DNA of 54,001 nt, taken from the NCBI GenBank assembly GCA_023416315.1, contig JAEZIA010000016.1, positions 1 to 54,001 on the forward strand, written 5' to 3'. The notes under the pieces were generated by a model that was given only the letters and a program-made list of their open reading frames with translations, was not told where the DNA came from and made no database searches. The stretch comes from Actinomycetes bacterium (lineage in GTDB: Bacteria; Actinomycetota; Actinomycetes; Mycobacteriales; Mycobacteriaceae). The position numbers and the translations under genes are program-made. Shown in pieces: positions 1-12,079 of this stretch; position 1 is the first letter of the stretch; each line of letters begins with the position of its first letter.

Positions 1-310
1 TCACGAACAGGGTTCCGACCTGGGGACGTCGCAGCACGTTGCGGTACCCGTCGAGGCGGTTGTTGCCCGGGCGGTCGGGGATGGCGATCGTCCGGTCGTC
101 GATCACATGGACGAAGCCCGCCGGATCACCCTTGGGCGAAACATCAACGCGGCCTTGCGCATCGGTGGTGGCGACGAACGCCAGCGGGGAATGCGCCAGC
201 CAGTCCCGTTGCACTCGCGAGAGCCGGTCCTTGACCTTGTTGGCGACGTAGTGGTCGGGTTCGCCGACGATCGCCCGAAGCTCGGCAAGGGTCGTCACTT
301 CACGGCTCAT
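1..310 (-). CDS. PPOX-class (pyridoxamine 5'-phosphate oxidase-like) FMN-binding protein, truncated by the window edge
   Basis: Read manually (absent from the ORF track): ATG at 310 gives MSREVTTLAELRAIVGEP...FVATTDAQGRVDVSPKGDPAGFVHVIDDRTIAIPDRPGNNRLDGYRNVL, with the DxSPKGD and PDRPGNNRLD motifs of this family. Confidence 0.85.
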   Translation of the reverse strand, partial: MSREVTTLAELRAIVGEPDHYVANKVKDRLSRVQRDWLAHSPLAFVATTDAQGRVDVSPKGDPAGFVHVIDDRTIAIPDRPGNNRLDGYRNVLRRPQVGTLFV

Positions 311-350
311 CGCTTGAGTATCCTCTCCCGCGCTGCAATCTCCGAACGGT

Positions 351-848
351 TTATCGCACACCCTCTTTTGCGTAGACGACCCGCAGCACGTGGCCGACTT
401 CCGGGCCCATCACCACAGCCGCCAACTCGCAGAACGTCGCCACAAAGCCGGGGCCGTGCGCAGGTCCCTCCGGGGTCAGGTGGTGGGCGATCTCGTGCAG
501 CAGGACCAGCTCCCGCATCGCCCAGTCGGCCCTCGACCGGTCCGGGACGGCAATAACTCCTGTGTCACCGGCACTTTCGTAGTGGGCGGCGGTGGCCGCG
601 CGGCGGGGTCGTACCACCAACGGTCCCGGCGCCTGCCACCGCGCGGTCACCGCGGGCAACGCCAGCACCTCGTCGACGTAGCGTTGCACCGACGCCATCG
701 ACGCGAACCGCCCTTCTGGCGGCAACGTCAGTTGCGCTCCGAAAAAGTCGATGGTGCGCGAACTGTGTTGGGCGGCACGGTCGAAGAGCGTCCGGACGAA
801 CTCCTCGGCCGCGTAGACGCGGGAGCGTTGGCTATCGCGTGCCGTCAC
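351..848 (-). CDS. HEXXH zinc metallohydrolase, TIGR04338/Rv0185-like
   Basis: C-terminal part of ORF 351..1319. GTG at 848 overlaps the upstream TGA (GTGA). Contains LLHEIAHHL plus downstream HGPGF. Confidence 0.85.
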   Translation of the reverse strand: MTARDSQRSRVYAAEEFVRTLFDRAAQHSSRTIDFFGAQLTLPPEGRFASMASVQRYVDEVLALPAVTARWQAPGPLVVRPRRAATAAHYESAGDTGVIAVPDRSRADWAMRELVLLHEIAHHLTPEGPAHGPGFVATFCELAAVVMGPEVGHVLRVVYAKEGVR

Positions 849-1594
849 CGCGGCAGCCGGGTCCGCGCCCCCGGCAGTTCGGGGCTGGCGCCGAGCCGGG
901 CCTGCTTGCCGGCCCGGTCCCCGGCACGCCGGGCAGCCGACGAATAGCCCGCCGAGGCGCGGCTGGCCTGCCAGGTGCCGCGGGCCTTCGACGTCTTCCG
1001 GTAGTGCTCCTTGAGTTCGAGTTCCTTGTTCCGCAGCGCCACAGCGGTTCCCGGGGCGGTCGCGCGATCCCGGGTGGCCTCCTGCCGGGCCTCTTCCCGC
1101 GCCTGGGCCAGGCGTTGGGCGACGCGCGCACCGAAGGCCAACTGGAAGTTGAGCCGCGCGGTGATCGTCGGCGTGGGTTTGTGCGTTCCGGTCGCCAGGT
1201 AGGCGTCGCACGCCCGCACCATCTGCACCACCAGGCTCGCGTACAGGGCGTGGCTGGCGTCGATGTCCTCGTTGAATCCGTAGGCGTAGACGAACGCCGA
1301 GTTCGACGCGACGTCGCACTGCACGTCGTTGGCCGCGGCGATGCCCGCGAACAGCTGCACATAGGTGCGCAGACCGCGCGCGCCGGGCTCACCGATCGTG
1401 ATCGTGCGCTGGGTCGGCGCCTGCGCCGCGCTGCGGGTGGCCGAGTGTGCGCGCGCGACCGCCAGGTCGATCGACGTCGCGGTCGCCAGCCGTTGCGCGG
1501 CGGCCATGAATGCCTCTGCCTCGTGGGCGTTGTCGGTGCCTTCGGCCTGGCGCAGCAGGGCAGCGATTCGCGCCAGCATCTTGTCGTCGGTCAC
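845..1594 (-). CDS. DUF2786 domain protein, Rv0184-like
   Basis: N-terminal DKMLARIAALLRQAEGTDNAHEAEAFMAAAQRL is the DUF2786 signature. The GTG start lies 7 nt after TAGGTT. Confidence 0.85.
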   Translation of the reverse strand: MTDDKMLARIAALLRQAEGTDNAHEAEAFMAAAQRLATATSIDLAVARAHSATRSAAQAPTQRTITIGEPGARGLRTYVQLFAGIAAANDVQCDVASNSAFVYAYGFNEDIDASHALYASLVVQMVRACDAYLATGTHKPTPTITARLNFQLAFGARVAQRLAQAREEARQEATRDRATAPGTAVALRNKELELKEHYRKTSKARGTWQASRASAGYSSAARRAGDRAGKQARLGASPELPGARTRLPR

Positions 1595-1601
1595 GCTTGG
1601 C

Positions 1602-1623
1602 AACCTAGCTCAGGCCGGCGACA
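1602..1623 (-). promoter_or_regulatory. Probable PafBC-activated (RecA-NDp type) promoter of the DUF2786-HEXXH operon
   Basis: Minus strand TGTCGC-N10-TAGGTT, one mismatch to the consensus TGTCGG-N10-TANNNT. Confidence 0.65.
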
Positions 1624-1643
1624 CGGTGCGTGCGTGCACCGCG

Positions 1644-4587
<2,944 letters not shown>

Positions 4588-4591
<4 letters not shown>

Positions 4592-5004
4592 GTCCGCTGC
4601 AGCTCGACCACCGGGATGGTCCGCGTCGTCTTCTCCTGGTAGTCGCCGAACTGGGGTTGCGCGGCGACCTGCTTGGCGTAGACGGCGTCGCGCTCGGCCC
4701 CGGACAGGACCCGCGCGGTGACACCGAAGGTCTCGGTCCCCAACTCCACGGTGGTATCCGGATGGGCGACGAGGTTGTGGAGCCAGTCGGGGTTGGTGTC
4801 CGCACCGGCCTTGCTGGCGAAGATGAAGATCCGCCCGTCGTCGAGCAGAGGCACCAGCGGCGTGATCCGTTCGGTCCCGGACTTGGCACCGAAATGGTGC
4901 ACCAGAACCAGCGGCTTACCCTCGAAAATGCCGCCGGCCTTGCCGCCGGTGGCACGGAACTCCTCGATGACCTTCTGGTTTATCTCGTTGAAATCGGCTG
5001 TCAT
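4588..5004 (-). CDS. F420H2-dependent nitroreductase/quinone reductase (Ddn family)
   Basis: NQKVIEEFRATGG, GAKSG, ASKAGADTNPDWLHNL, YQEKTTRTIPVV. The ATG lies 6 nt after TACGGT. Confidence 0.9.
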
Positions 5005-5020
5005 CACTTCACCGTAACCG

Positions 5021-5974
5021 CTAAAGCCCCAGTGCCTGCTGGGCCTTGTGCAAGGTGGCCGCCGACGCCTGCAACCCCAGCAGTTCGGGCACCGCCAGCG
5101 GTACCGGCAGCACCTGCCCGGCACCGGTGGCCGACACGACGGTCGGCAAAGACAGTGCCACATCGGTGATTTCGTAGGCACCGGTCTGGACGGTGGAAAC
5201 CGGCAACACCCGGTGCTGGTCACCGAGCACCGCCTCGACGATCCGCGCGGTGGACAGGCCGATCGCCAGGTTGGTCGCGCCTTTGCCTTCGATGATCGCG
5301 TATGCGGCGTTGACCACCTCGGCCGAGATCGCCGTGCGCGTCGCCTCGTCGAACACCGGCCGACCCGCGCGGCGGAACTGCTCGGCGGGCACCCCGCCGA
5401 TCGAGACGCTCGACCACAGCGAGATCTCCGAGTCACCGTGCTCACCGACGATGAACCCGTGCACATTGCCGACGGCAAGGTCGGCGTGCGCGGCGATCAA
5501 ATAGCGAAACCGGCTGCTATCCAACACAGTTCCGGAGCCGAAGATGCGTCCAGGCGGTAGATCGACGGCGCGGGCGGCGGCATAGGTGACGACGTCGACG
5601 GGGTTGGTGACGAGGATGATCACCGCGTTCGGCGACAGCTTCAGCAATTGTGGTATGAGCTCGTGGACCATCGCGACGTTGGTCGCGGCCAGGTCCAGCC
5701 GGCTCTGTCCGGGATGCTGTTTGGCTCCTGCCGTGATGACGACGATCGCGGAGCCCGCGGTGATGTCGAGCTGGTCGGAACCCGAGACCGTGCAATGCGG
5801 GACGAACTGGCTGCCGTGGTTGAGGTCGAGTACCTCGGCGCGCACCTTTTTCTCGTTCATGTCATAGAGCGCCAAAGCGCCCGCCGATCCACGAATCAGG
5901 CAGGCGTAGGCGATCGCGGTACCGACGCTGCCGGCCCCGATGATGGCGACTTTGCGGCTCCGATGTTCGGACAC
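5021..5974 (-). CDS. ldh: NAD-dependent L-lactate dehydrogenase
   Basis: GAGSVG, DLNHG, GAKQHPGQSRLDL (Gln specificity residue), TNPVD, GTVLDSSRFR, GEHGDS, KGAT. Confidence 0.88.
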   Translation of the reverse strand: MSEHRSRKVAIIGAGSVGTAIAYACLIRGSAGALALYDMNEKKVRAEVLDLNHGSQFVPHCTVSGSDQLDITAGSAIVVITAGAKQHPGQSRLDLAATNVAMVHELIPQLLKLSPNAVIILVTNPVDVVTYAAARAVDLPPGRIFGSGTVLDSSRFRYLIAAHADLAVGNVHGFIVGEHGDSEISLWSSVSIGGVPAEQFRRAGRPVFDEATRTAISAEVVNAAYAIIEGKGATNLAIGLSTARIVEAVLGDQHRVLPVSTVQTGAYEITDVALSLPTVVSATGAGQVLPVPLAVPELLGLQASAATLHKAQQALGL

Positions 5975-6013
5975 CTCACTATCATCGGCTACGGCGCGCC
6001 GACCGGGTCGGGC

Positions 6014-6049
6014 TTAGTCGATTCCGGCCATCTCCTGGGCGATCGCGGC
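6014..6049 (-). repeat. Orphan duplicate of the 3' end of the ferritin-like gene (att-like direct repeat, copy 1)
   Basis: Encodes AAIAQEMAGID-stop. 31/36 nt identical to 13024-13059, with an exact 17-nt core ATCTCCTGGGCGATCGC at 6030-6046. Confidence 0.85.
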
Positions 6050-6142
6050 CGTACATATCAGCGCGCAGCGCTACCACGTGCCCTCGCGGTTTCGGGTCGG
6101 ACGGCCGGGACACCCCGAGGTGACGTCGGCTGTGCCAACTCC

Positions 6143-7000
6143 TCAGTCTCCCGCAGACGGTCGCCCCATAGTCGGCTCTTTCGGCCAGGGCGAGTTCAGC
6201 AAAGAGCGCGCCGCCTCGACACAGGGACGAAGACGGTCTACGGGGGGCACGCCCGCCAGCGCGAGTGATCGCTGCGGTACTTCAAGCCCGATGACGATGT
6301 GGTCGGGAAGGGCAGCCAGGATCTCAGCCAGCGGCAACTCGCCTTCCCCGGGAACCAGGCGCTCGTACATGGCTTCTTGCGCATAATTCTCACCGCGTGG
6401 CTGCAGGGTGGTGTCGTTGAGTTGCGCATATCCGATCATGTTGGGGTCGATGGCGGCGAGGTCGGCTGCGGTAGAACCAGAACGCACCAGGTGCATGGTG
6501 TCGATGAGCAACGAGACGTCATCGCGCGCGATGTAGTCCACCGCCGCTCGTGCCGTAGGCAAATCGCCCACGGCGAGGCCTGGCACCGCTTCGATCAACG
6601 TACCGATCCCGCGCTCCGCGGCCTCCTCCGCCAGGGCACCGATCTGATCGAACGCGTGGCGGCGATCAGGTTCGAGGCTCACCGCGTTGATCCGAGGCAC
6701 GCCGAGTTCGGCCACTACGTCCAGCTCGGCACCGAAGCTGTGCATGTCGGCGCCGGGCAGGACCAAGAACCCGTCAGCCATCGAGATTCTGACGCCCCGT
6801 TGTTGGGTGGCCGCCATGAGGTTCTTTCTCAGGGCGATGTCATCTGTTATCGAGAACGGTGGATAGCCGAGCGACGGAACAAAGGGCAGTCCGTGCATGA
6901 ACATAGAGACATGGCCGCACCCAAGGTCTGCCGCGAGGTCGACCAAATCGGCTGGCGGCAAGCCGAATACACTGAGACACTCGATGCCAAGCCGATCCAT
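6143..7000 (-). CDS. Sugar phosphate isomerase/epimerase family TIM-barrel protein (AP endonuclease 2 fold)
   Basis: Metal-ligand pattern LIEAVP / LLIDTMHL / YAQLND / RLVPGEGELPL / GLEVP. Confidence 0.85.
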   Translation of the reverse strand: MDRLGIECLSVFGLPPADLVDLAADLGCGHVSMFMHGLPFVPSLGYPPFSITDDIALRKNLMAATQQRGVRISMADGFLVLPGADMHSFGAELDVVAELGVPRINAVSLEPDRRHAFDQIGALAEEAAERGIGTLIEAVPGLAVGDLPTARAAVDYIARDDVSLLIDTMHLVRSGSTAADLAAIDPNMIGYAQLNDTTLQPRGENYAQEAMYERLVPGEGELPLAEILAALPDHIVIGLEVPQRSLALAGVPPVDRLRPCVEAARSLLNSPWPKEPTMGRPSAGD

Positions 7001-7025
7001 GGGCTGCGATCAACTCTTCCTACGT

Positions 7026-8045
7026 CTATGCCCGCAGGCCCTGGGGGCCATGCGGGCGTTGAGACTGCTGGTTGTTCTGCAGCGCCGGCAAGACCTTGTC
7101 GGTCAGCAGCCGTACTGAGCGCCAGGCCTCGTCGATCGGCATAGCACCAACAAGGGGATGCAGCACGACCGGATCGCCCGGATTGCGTTCGATATCCGCA
7201 ACTAACTGGTCCGGTGTCATAAAGCGGTAGCGTCCCGCTGCTCGGACGTCGTTGACCGTCTCGATCGACTCACTACCGTGCATGAATGAGTGCGCCCGAC
7301 CCCCGCCCCACCCTGAATAAACCGTGGCCTCCCACAGGTAGTGCTGACCCAACTCCGCCCAAGCCTCGTCGGGGTCCTCGTGCAGGAACACCATGCCGCG
7401 GCTGTGTGCGGGCGGCATGACCACGGTCGGCGTGTGACCGAACCCGGCGCACAGGTCACGGTAGTAGTCGGCGAGGTCGGGTCGGTGGCTCGGCAGGTTG
7501 AGGGGCAGCCCGAACCGCGCAGCCCGTTCGGCGGTGGCGCGAACGCTGCCGCCGACGAACACCATCGGATGTGGGCGCGTGAATGGCCCCGGCGTCAATG
7601 CCGATTCGTTTGACGACGACCACAGCGACATCATTGTCGTCAGGAGCTCATCCATCAACTGCCCGCGGTGCTCGAATGGTGTTCCGAATAGTTCATATTC
7701 GACTGGCCGATAGCCCAGACCGACCGTGACAATCAACCGGCCACCGCTGATGGTATCGACCAGAGAAATGTCCTCTGCCAGGCGCACGGGATGCCATAGC
7801 GGCCCAAGCGCGCAGTCCACGCTGGCGATAAGCCGCGTTGTTCGGGCCAGGAACACCGCCGCGGTGAGGATGGGGTTGCAGCTCCAACCGTGGCCGCTCT
7901 GGTGATGCTCGTCAACGCTGATTGCGTCAACACCGCGGGTTTCCAGCCAGGTGCTCAGCTCGAGAGCTGCCTGGATACGGTCGCGACGCGTGGCCGGGTC
8001 ATCTTGGGGTGCGGCGAAATTGAAACGCAAGACGGTCATCGCCAT
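7026..8045 (-). CDS. Luciferase-like (LLM) flavin-dependent oxidoreductase
   Basis: SVDEHHQSGHGW, LWHPVRLAEDISLVDTISGGRL, GLGYRPVEY. Confidence 0.88.
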   Translation of the reverse strand: MAMTVLRFNFAAPQDDPATRRDRIQAALELSTWLETRGVDAISVDEHHQSGHGWSCNPILTAAVFLARTTRLIASVDCALGPLWHPVRLAEDISLVDTISGGRLIVTVGLGYRPVEYELFGTPFEHRGQLMDELLTTMMSLWSSSNESALTPGPFTRPHPMVFVGGSVRATAERAARFGLPLNLPSHRPDLADYYRDLCAGFGHTPTVVMPPAHSRGMVFLHEDPDEAWAELGQHYLWEATVYSGWGGGRAHSFMHGSESIETVNDVRAAGRYRFMTPDQLVADIERNPGDPVVLHPLVGAMPIDEAWRSVRLLTDKVLPALQNNQQSQRPHGPQGLRA

Positions 8046-8240
8046 GGCCGGCCACTCCGGATGGTGTTGATGTCTTCACCGTCGCCGACCACAGCACCCG
8101 CGACAACGTCGGCAAGCAGTCCTCCGCGGAGTGATGCTGGTGCGCAGTGTGATCGGGCCGCTTTGGCACAGTCCATTACATTCCCCTCAGGTCATCCGGC
8201 GGTTCAATTCGGCGTCTCAGTGGCTGCGGTGCTGCGATGG

Positions 8241-8987
8241 TCAGGCCCCCAGCATCATCAGCCCACCGTCCACGGCGATGAGCTGGCCGGTAATGAAACG
8301 GGCCCCGTCGCCGGCCAAGAACACCAGCATCGGGCCGAGGTCTGTGATCGGGTTGCCCAGCCTGCCGCCCAGCGGGATGGACGCGGCGAGTTGCTGGTCG
8401 ATCAGCGGCTGTAGGTCTGGCCCAACAAAGTCTCGAAGTCGTTGCGCCCCTGGTGTTTCCACTCCCGGGGCGAGGGCATTGACGGTAATTCCCCGGCTAG
8501 CCCAGGTCTTGGCGGCCGAGCGAGTCCACGATGCAACGGCGGCCTTGGACGCCGCGTAGACCGCCGACATCGGACTTCCACGCACTGCTTCACTCGACCC
8601 GAAGTTGATGATTCGACCGCCGTTCATCACGGCTGCGGCCGCTTGATTGGTAAGCACCGTGGACGTGAAGTTGACATCCATCACTGACCGCACGTCGGTG
8701 GCAACGATGTCGCCGGGCACGCCAGGATGCCAGAGCCCCGCCGCCGCGACGAGCACATCGAGGCCACCGAGTGCGTCGACCGCCCGCCCAACCGTGGTGT
8801 CGACCGACGACGAGTCGGTGGCCTCGCACTGCAGCCACACCACCTCCGGTTCGGGGGGCGGCGGGGTGTGGTGATATGTGGCTGCGATGCGCGCTCCCGC
8901 TGCGGCGAGTACTGTGACCGCGGCCGCACCGATGCCGGTGGCTCCCCCGGTGACCAGAATCCGCTTGCCGTCAAGATCCGCCGCCAT
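8241..8987 (-). CDS. Short-chain dehydrogenase/reductase
   Basis: TGGATGIG, YAASK, FITGQLIAVDGG. Confidence 0.9.
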   Translation of the reverse strand: MAADLDGKRILVTGGATGIGAAAVTVLAAAGARIAATYHHTPPPPEPEVVWLQCEATDSSSVDTTVGRAVDALGGLDVLVAAAGLWHPGVPGDIVATDVRSVMDVNFTSTVLTNQAAAAVMNGGRIINFGSSEAVRGSPMSAVYAASKAAVASWTRSAAKTWASRGITVNALAPGVETPGAQRLRDFVGPDLQPLIDQQLAASIPLGGRLGNPITDLGPMLVFLAGDGARFITGQLIAVDGGLMMLGA

Positions 8988-9183
8988 GTCAGCAGCCCGG
9001 ATTCGCGACGGTGAGGGGCAACGCCCCGATATGGGCGGCTGTGTTGGCCTCGGACAGCACCTTATTCACCCGGTTCGGCGTAGCTACGATGCACGCACCG
9101 ATGCGGTGCTTGGCAGCAAAACGCTCGGCCCGACCCGCGGAGGATGCTCGGCCGAATACCCGGTGTGCTCTTCGCGCGCAGCA

Positions 9184-10056
9184 TCAACGATTGACCTTCT
9201 CGATCACTTTCTCGGCGAAAGTCTCCAGGTTGCGGATTTTCGTGTCCAAGGGCTCAGTGTCCGGCCCGAGGATGTACGGCCAACGAAAGCCGACGATGAC
9301 ATCGGTGACGCCCTTGTCCTCAAGACGTTTGACGCCGTCGACGGTGAAAGCGTCAGCTGACATGACGTGGATCTCAAACGGTCCTTCGCGGCCTTCTTCA
9401 TCGCGGAATGTGTTAAGCCGCTTCAGAAGCCGGTCGAGATCCGCAGGGTCGCCGCCGCCGTGCATCCAGCCATCCGCCCGAGCGGCGCGGCGAAGCGCCG
9501 CATCAGCATGCCCGCCAACCAGAATCGGGATCGGCTCGGTGGGCGCCGGTGCCATCTTGATTTTGGGGACATCGTAGAACTCGCCGTGGAACTCGAAATA
9601 GTCCCCGCTCGTCAGACCTTGCAGGACAGCGATGCATTCGTCCATGCGCGCACCGCGCTTAGCGAACGGCACTCCCATGATGTCAAAGTCCTCCGGCCAG
9701 GGACTGATCCCGACACCAAGCCCCAGCCGGTTTCCGGTCAGCGCCGCCAGCGAACTTGCCTGCTTGGCTACGAGGGCTGGCGGCCGGATGGGCAGTTTCA
9801 CTACGAACGTAGTGAAACGCAGCGTTGACGTCACCGCGCCCAGCGCAGCGGTGAGCACGAACGTTTCAATGAACGCTTTGCCTTCGAGGAACCTTCGATC
9901 CCCGTCAGGGGTATAGGGGTAGGTCGAATTCGACTCGTATGGGTAGGCGATGCCGTCCGGCACCGTCATGCTGGTGTAACCAGCCGCTTCCGCGGCGCGC
10001 GCCAAGTGCACATAGAACGTTGGGTCGGTCATCGCCTCGGCGTAGGAGAACCGCAA
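9184..10056 (-). CDS. Probable F420-dependent LLM-class oxidoreductase (TIGR03619-like)
   Basis: TTG start with AAGGAG RBS. Motifs YPYTPDG, LPIRPPALVAKQ, GVGISPWPEDF, RRAARADGW. Confidence 0.88.
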   Translation of the reverse strand: MRFSYAEAMTDPTFYVHLARAAEAAGYTSMTVPDGIAYPYESNSTYPYTPDGDRRFLEGKAFIETFVLTAALGAVTSTLRFTTFVVKLPIRPPALVAKQASSLAALTGNRLGLGVGISPWPEDFDIMGVPFAKRGARMDECIAVLQGLTSGDYFEFHGEFYDVPKIKMAPAPTEPIPILVGGHADAALRRAARADGWMHGGGDPADLDRLLKRLNTFRDEEGREGPFEIHVMSADAFTVDGVKRLEDKGVTDVIVGFRWPYILGPDTEPLDTKIRNLETFAEKVIEKVNR

Positions 10057-10312
10057 TTTAGCTCCTTACTTGTCGGTTTCGTGGCCAGTGTTTTCCGCCA
10101 TTCATCAGTTGTCCCAGCGGCATTGGCCTCAGAGGTATCAGCGGCTGCTGGCAGAGCGGAACGGATGGGCAAGCCCCACGCAACGCCAACCGGGGCTAGC
10201 CGGATCTGCCAGTTACCCGCGTCGACCCGCCATCGCACGGACGGACCGGTGCCTGCGGTGCGATCCTGCCGTTTCGACCCGCACCGTGACCCGTGCTGAC
10301 TGTTGGATACGG

Positions 10313-10690
10313 CTAGAACAATTCGACGTCGGTCGCCGGATCCCACACCGCGCGCATGGTCAGGATCTTGGCGTCCTCATCGAAGGTCATGATGTCGATA
10401 GGCGTCACTTGATAACCCCGACCGTCGCTCGCCCCACGCAGTTTGAACTGGAACACGGCGGTGTCGGCGGCCACCGCGGTCCACATCAAGCCGGTCGTGG
10501 TCTCCTCCATGTTGGCGATGACAGCGAAGAAGTCGACGATGGCTTGGCGGTCGGCCTTGAGTTCGGTACCGACTGGGTCCTCAACGGTCGCGTTCGGAGC
10601 GAAGAGGTCGGCAACCTTCTCCGGATCGTGCTGCGCCACGCGGTCGACGTATGCTTTGACTACATTCTCGATGTCGCTTTTAGATGGCAT
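10313..10690 (-). CDS. Steroid delta-isomerase-like (KSI, NTF2/SnoaL fold) protein
   Basis: From the ATG at 10690: Tyr14, TVEDPVG with Asp38, PID and MRAVW, matching the ketosteroid isomerase catalytic residues. Confidence 0.85.
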   Translation of the reverse strand: MPSKSDIENVVKAYVDRVAQHDPEKVADLFAPNATVEDPVGTELKADRQAIVDFFAVIANMEETTTGLMWTAVAADTAVFQFKLRGASDGRGYQVTPIDIMTFDEDAKILTMRAVWDPATDVELF

Positions 10691-10715
10691 GTTTCGCCCT
10701 TTCGGTTTGGTGGGT

Positions 10716-11963
10716 TCAGCTGTGTGAGACCGTGGGTCCGCGGTAGTCGGCACGCCAACGTTTGACGCCGTTGATCCACCCCGAACGGAAACGCGTCGGA
10801 TTCCCGAGGGCTGTGATGTCGGGCATCTTGTCCGCGATCTTGCCGAAAATGAGGTCCAGCTCCATGCGTGCCAGATTTGCCCCGAGACAATAGTGGGCAC
10901 CGGTGCCACCGAATGCCAAGTGCGGGTTGGGATTACGAGTGATGTCGAATCTCATTGGGTCGGCGAAGACGTCCTCGTCGAAGTTCGCCGACGCATACAG
11001 CAACACGATGCGCTCACCCGCGGCGATGGGCGTACCGTTAATCTCGGTGTTTACGCGTGCCGTGCGCTGCTGGCAGATCAGCGGGGAGGCGTACCGGACG
11101 ATCTCATCCGCAGTCGTCCCCGGTCGCGAGCGCTTGAACAGTTCCCACTGATCTGGATTCTCGAGGAATGCGATCATCCCCAAGGTGGTCGCGTTGCGGG
11201 TTGTTTCGTTACCCGCGACCGATAACATGACCACGAAGAAGCCAAATTGCTCTGGTGTCAGCGCCTCGCCGTCGATGTCGGCGTTCACCAAACGGGACAC
11301 GATGTCGTCCATCGGGTTGGTGCGGCGCTCCTCGGCCAATTGGTAGGAATATCCAAGGACTTCAGCCGCCGCAGTGCGCGGGTCCTGCGTGAAGTCCTCG
11401 TCGTCGTAGCCCATCATCTGGTTACTCCAGTCGAAGAGCTTGGTGCGATCCTCTGGTGGCACACCGAGTAGATCTGCGATGGCTTCCATCGGCAGCTCAC
11501 TTGCGATCTCTTGAACGAATTCACCACTACCGCTGTCGAGCGCCGCCTGCACGATCCGTTCGGCCCGCCGCTCGAGCGCCTGCTTAAGACCCTCGATCGC
11601 ACGCGGGGTGAACAGCCTGGACACCAAGCCGCGGAGCTTGGTGTGTTCAGGCGCATCGCGACTGATCAACGCAAGTTTCGACAATTCCAGCTCCTCGGGA
11701 CCGGTGTCGTCCGCCAGTCGAGGAATTGACCCGTTCAAGTTGCTGGAGAACACATCTGAGCGCCGTGAGACGTCGCGAACGTCACGGTGCTTCGACACCA
11801 CCCAGAAGCCGTGATCGGGGAATCCCCCGACGGTCGGGGATTGTTCGTTCCACCAGATCGGCGCCGAGGCGCGCAGGGCAGCGAACTCTCGATGCGGTAC
11901 GCCTCTCTCATAGACATCGGGGTCGGTGGCGTCGAATCCCCGGAGCATTGTGGAGTCGATCAA
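10716..11963 (-). CDS. Cytochrome P450, CYP125-like (steroid C26 monooxygenase family)
   Basis: GFDATDP, FFVVMLSVAGNETTRN, DEIVR, heme motif FGGTGAHYCLG, RSGWING. The TTG start was chosen from an upstream AAAGGA RBS. Confidence 0.9.
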   Translation of the reverse strand: MIDSTMLRGFDATDPDVYERGVPHREFAALRASAPIWWNEQSPTVGGFPDHGFWVVSKHRDVRDVSRRSDVFSSNLNGSIPRLADDTGPEELELSKLALISRDAPEHTKLRGLVSRLFTPRAIEGLKQALERRAERIVQAALDSGSGEFVQEIASELPMEAIADLLGVPPEDRTKLFDWSNQMMGYDDEDFTQDPRTAAAEVLGYSYQLAEERRTNPMDDIVSRLVNADIDGEALTPEQFGFFVVMLSVAGNETTRNATTLGMIAFLENPDQWELFKRSRPGTTADEIVRYASPLICQQRTARVNTEINGTPIAAGERIVLLYASANFDEDVFADPMRFDITRNPNPHLAFGGTGAHYCLGANLARMELDLIFGKIADKMPDITALGNPTRFRSGWINGVKRWRADYRGPTVSHS

Positions 11964-12031
11964 TGCAGCTCTGTCCTTTCCGATCGGCGTCCTTGCACTT
12001 CTGCCCACCGAAGCGCGGGAGCGTATTTGAT

Positions 12032-12057
12032 TAGGTTATACCACGTAACGTAACCTA
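12032..12057. promoter_or_regulatory. Candidate TetR operator in the P450/TetR divergent promoter
   Basis: Inverted repeat TAGGTTA-N12-TAACCTA. Confidence 0.55.
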
Positions 12058-12079
12058 GGGACTAGGGTACTGTTTCCGG

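Noticed and set aside
12031..12058. IdeR box-like half-sites TTAGGTTA / TAACCTAG
   Set aside because: The IdeR consensus has a 3-nt centre and this has 12 nt, so it is better explained as the local TetR operator.
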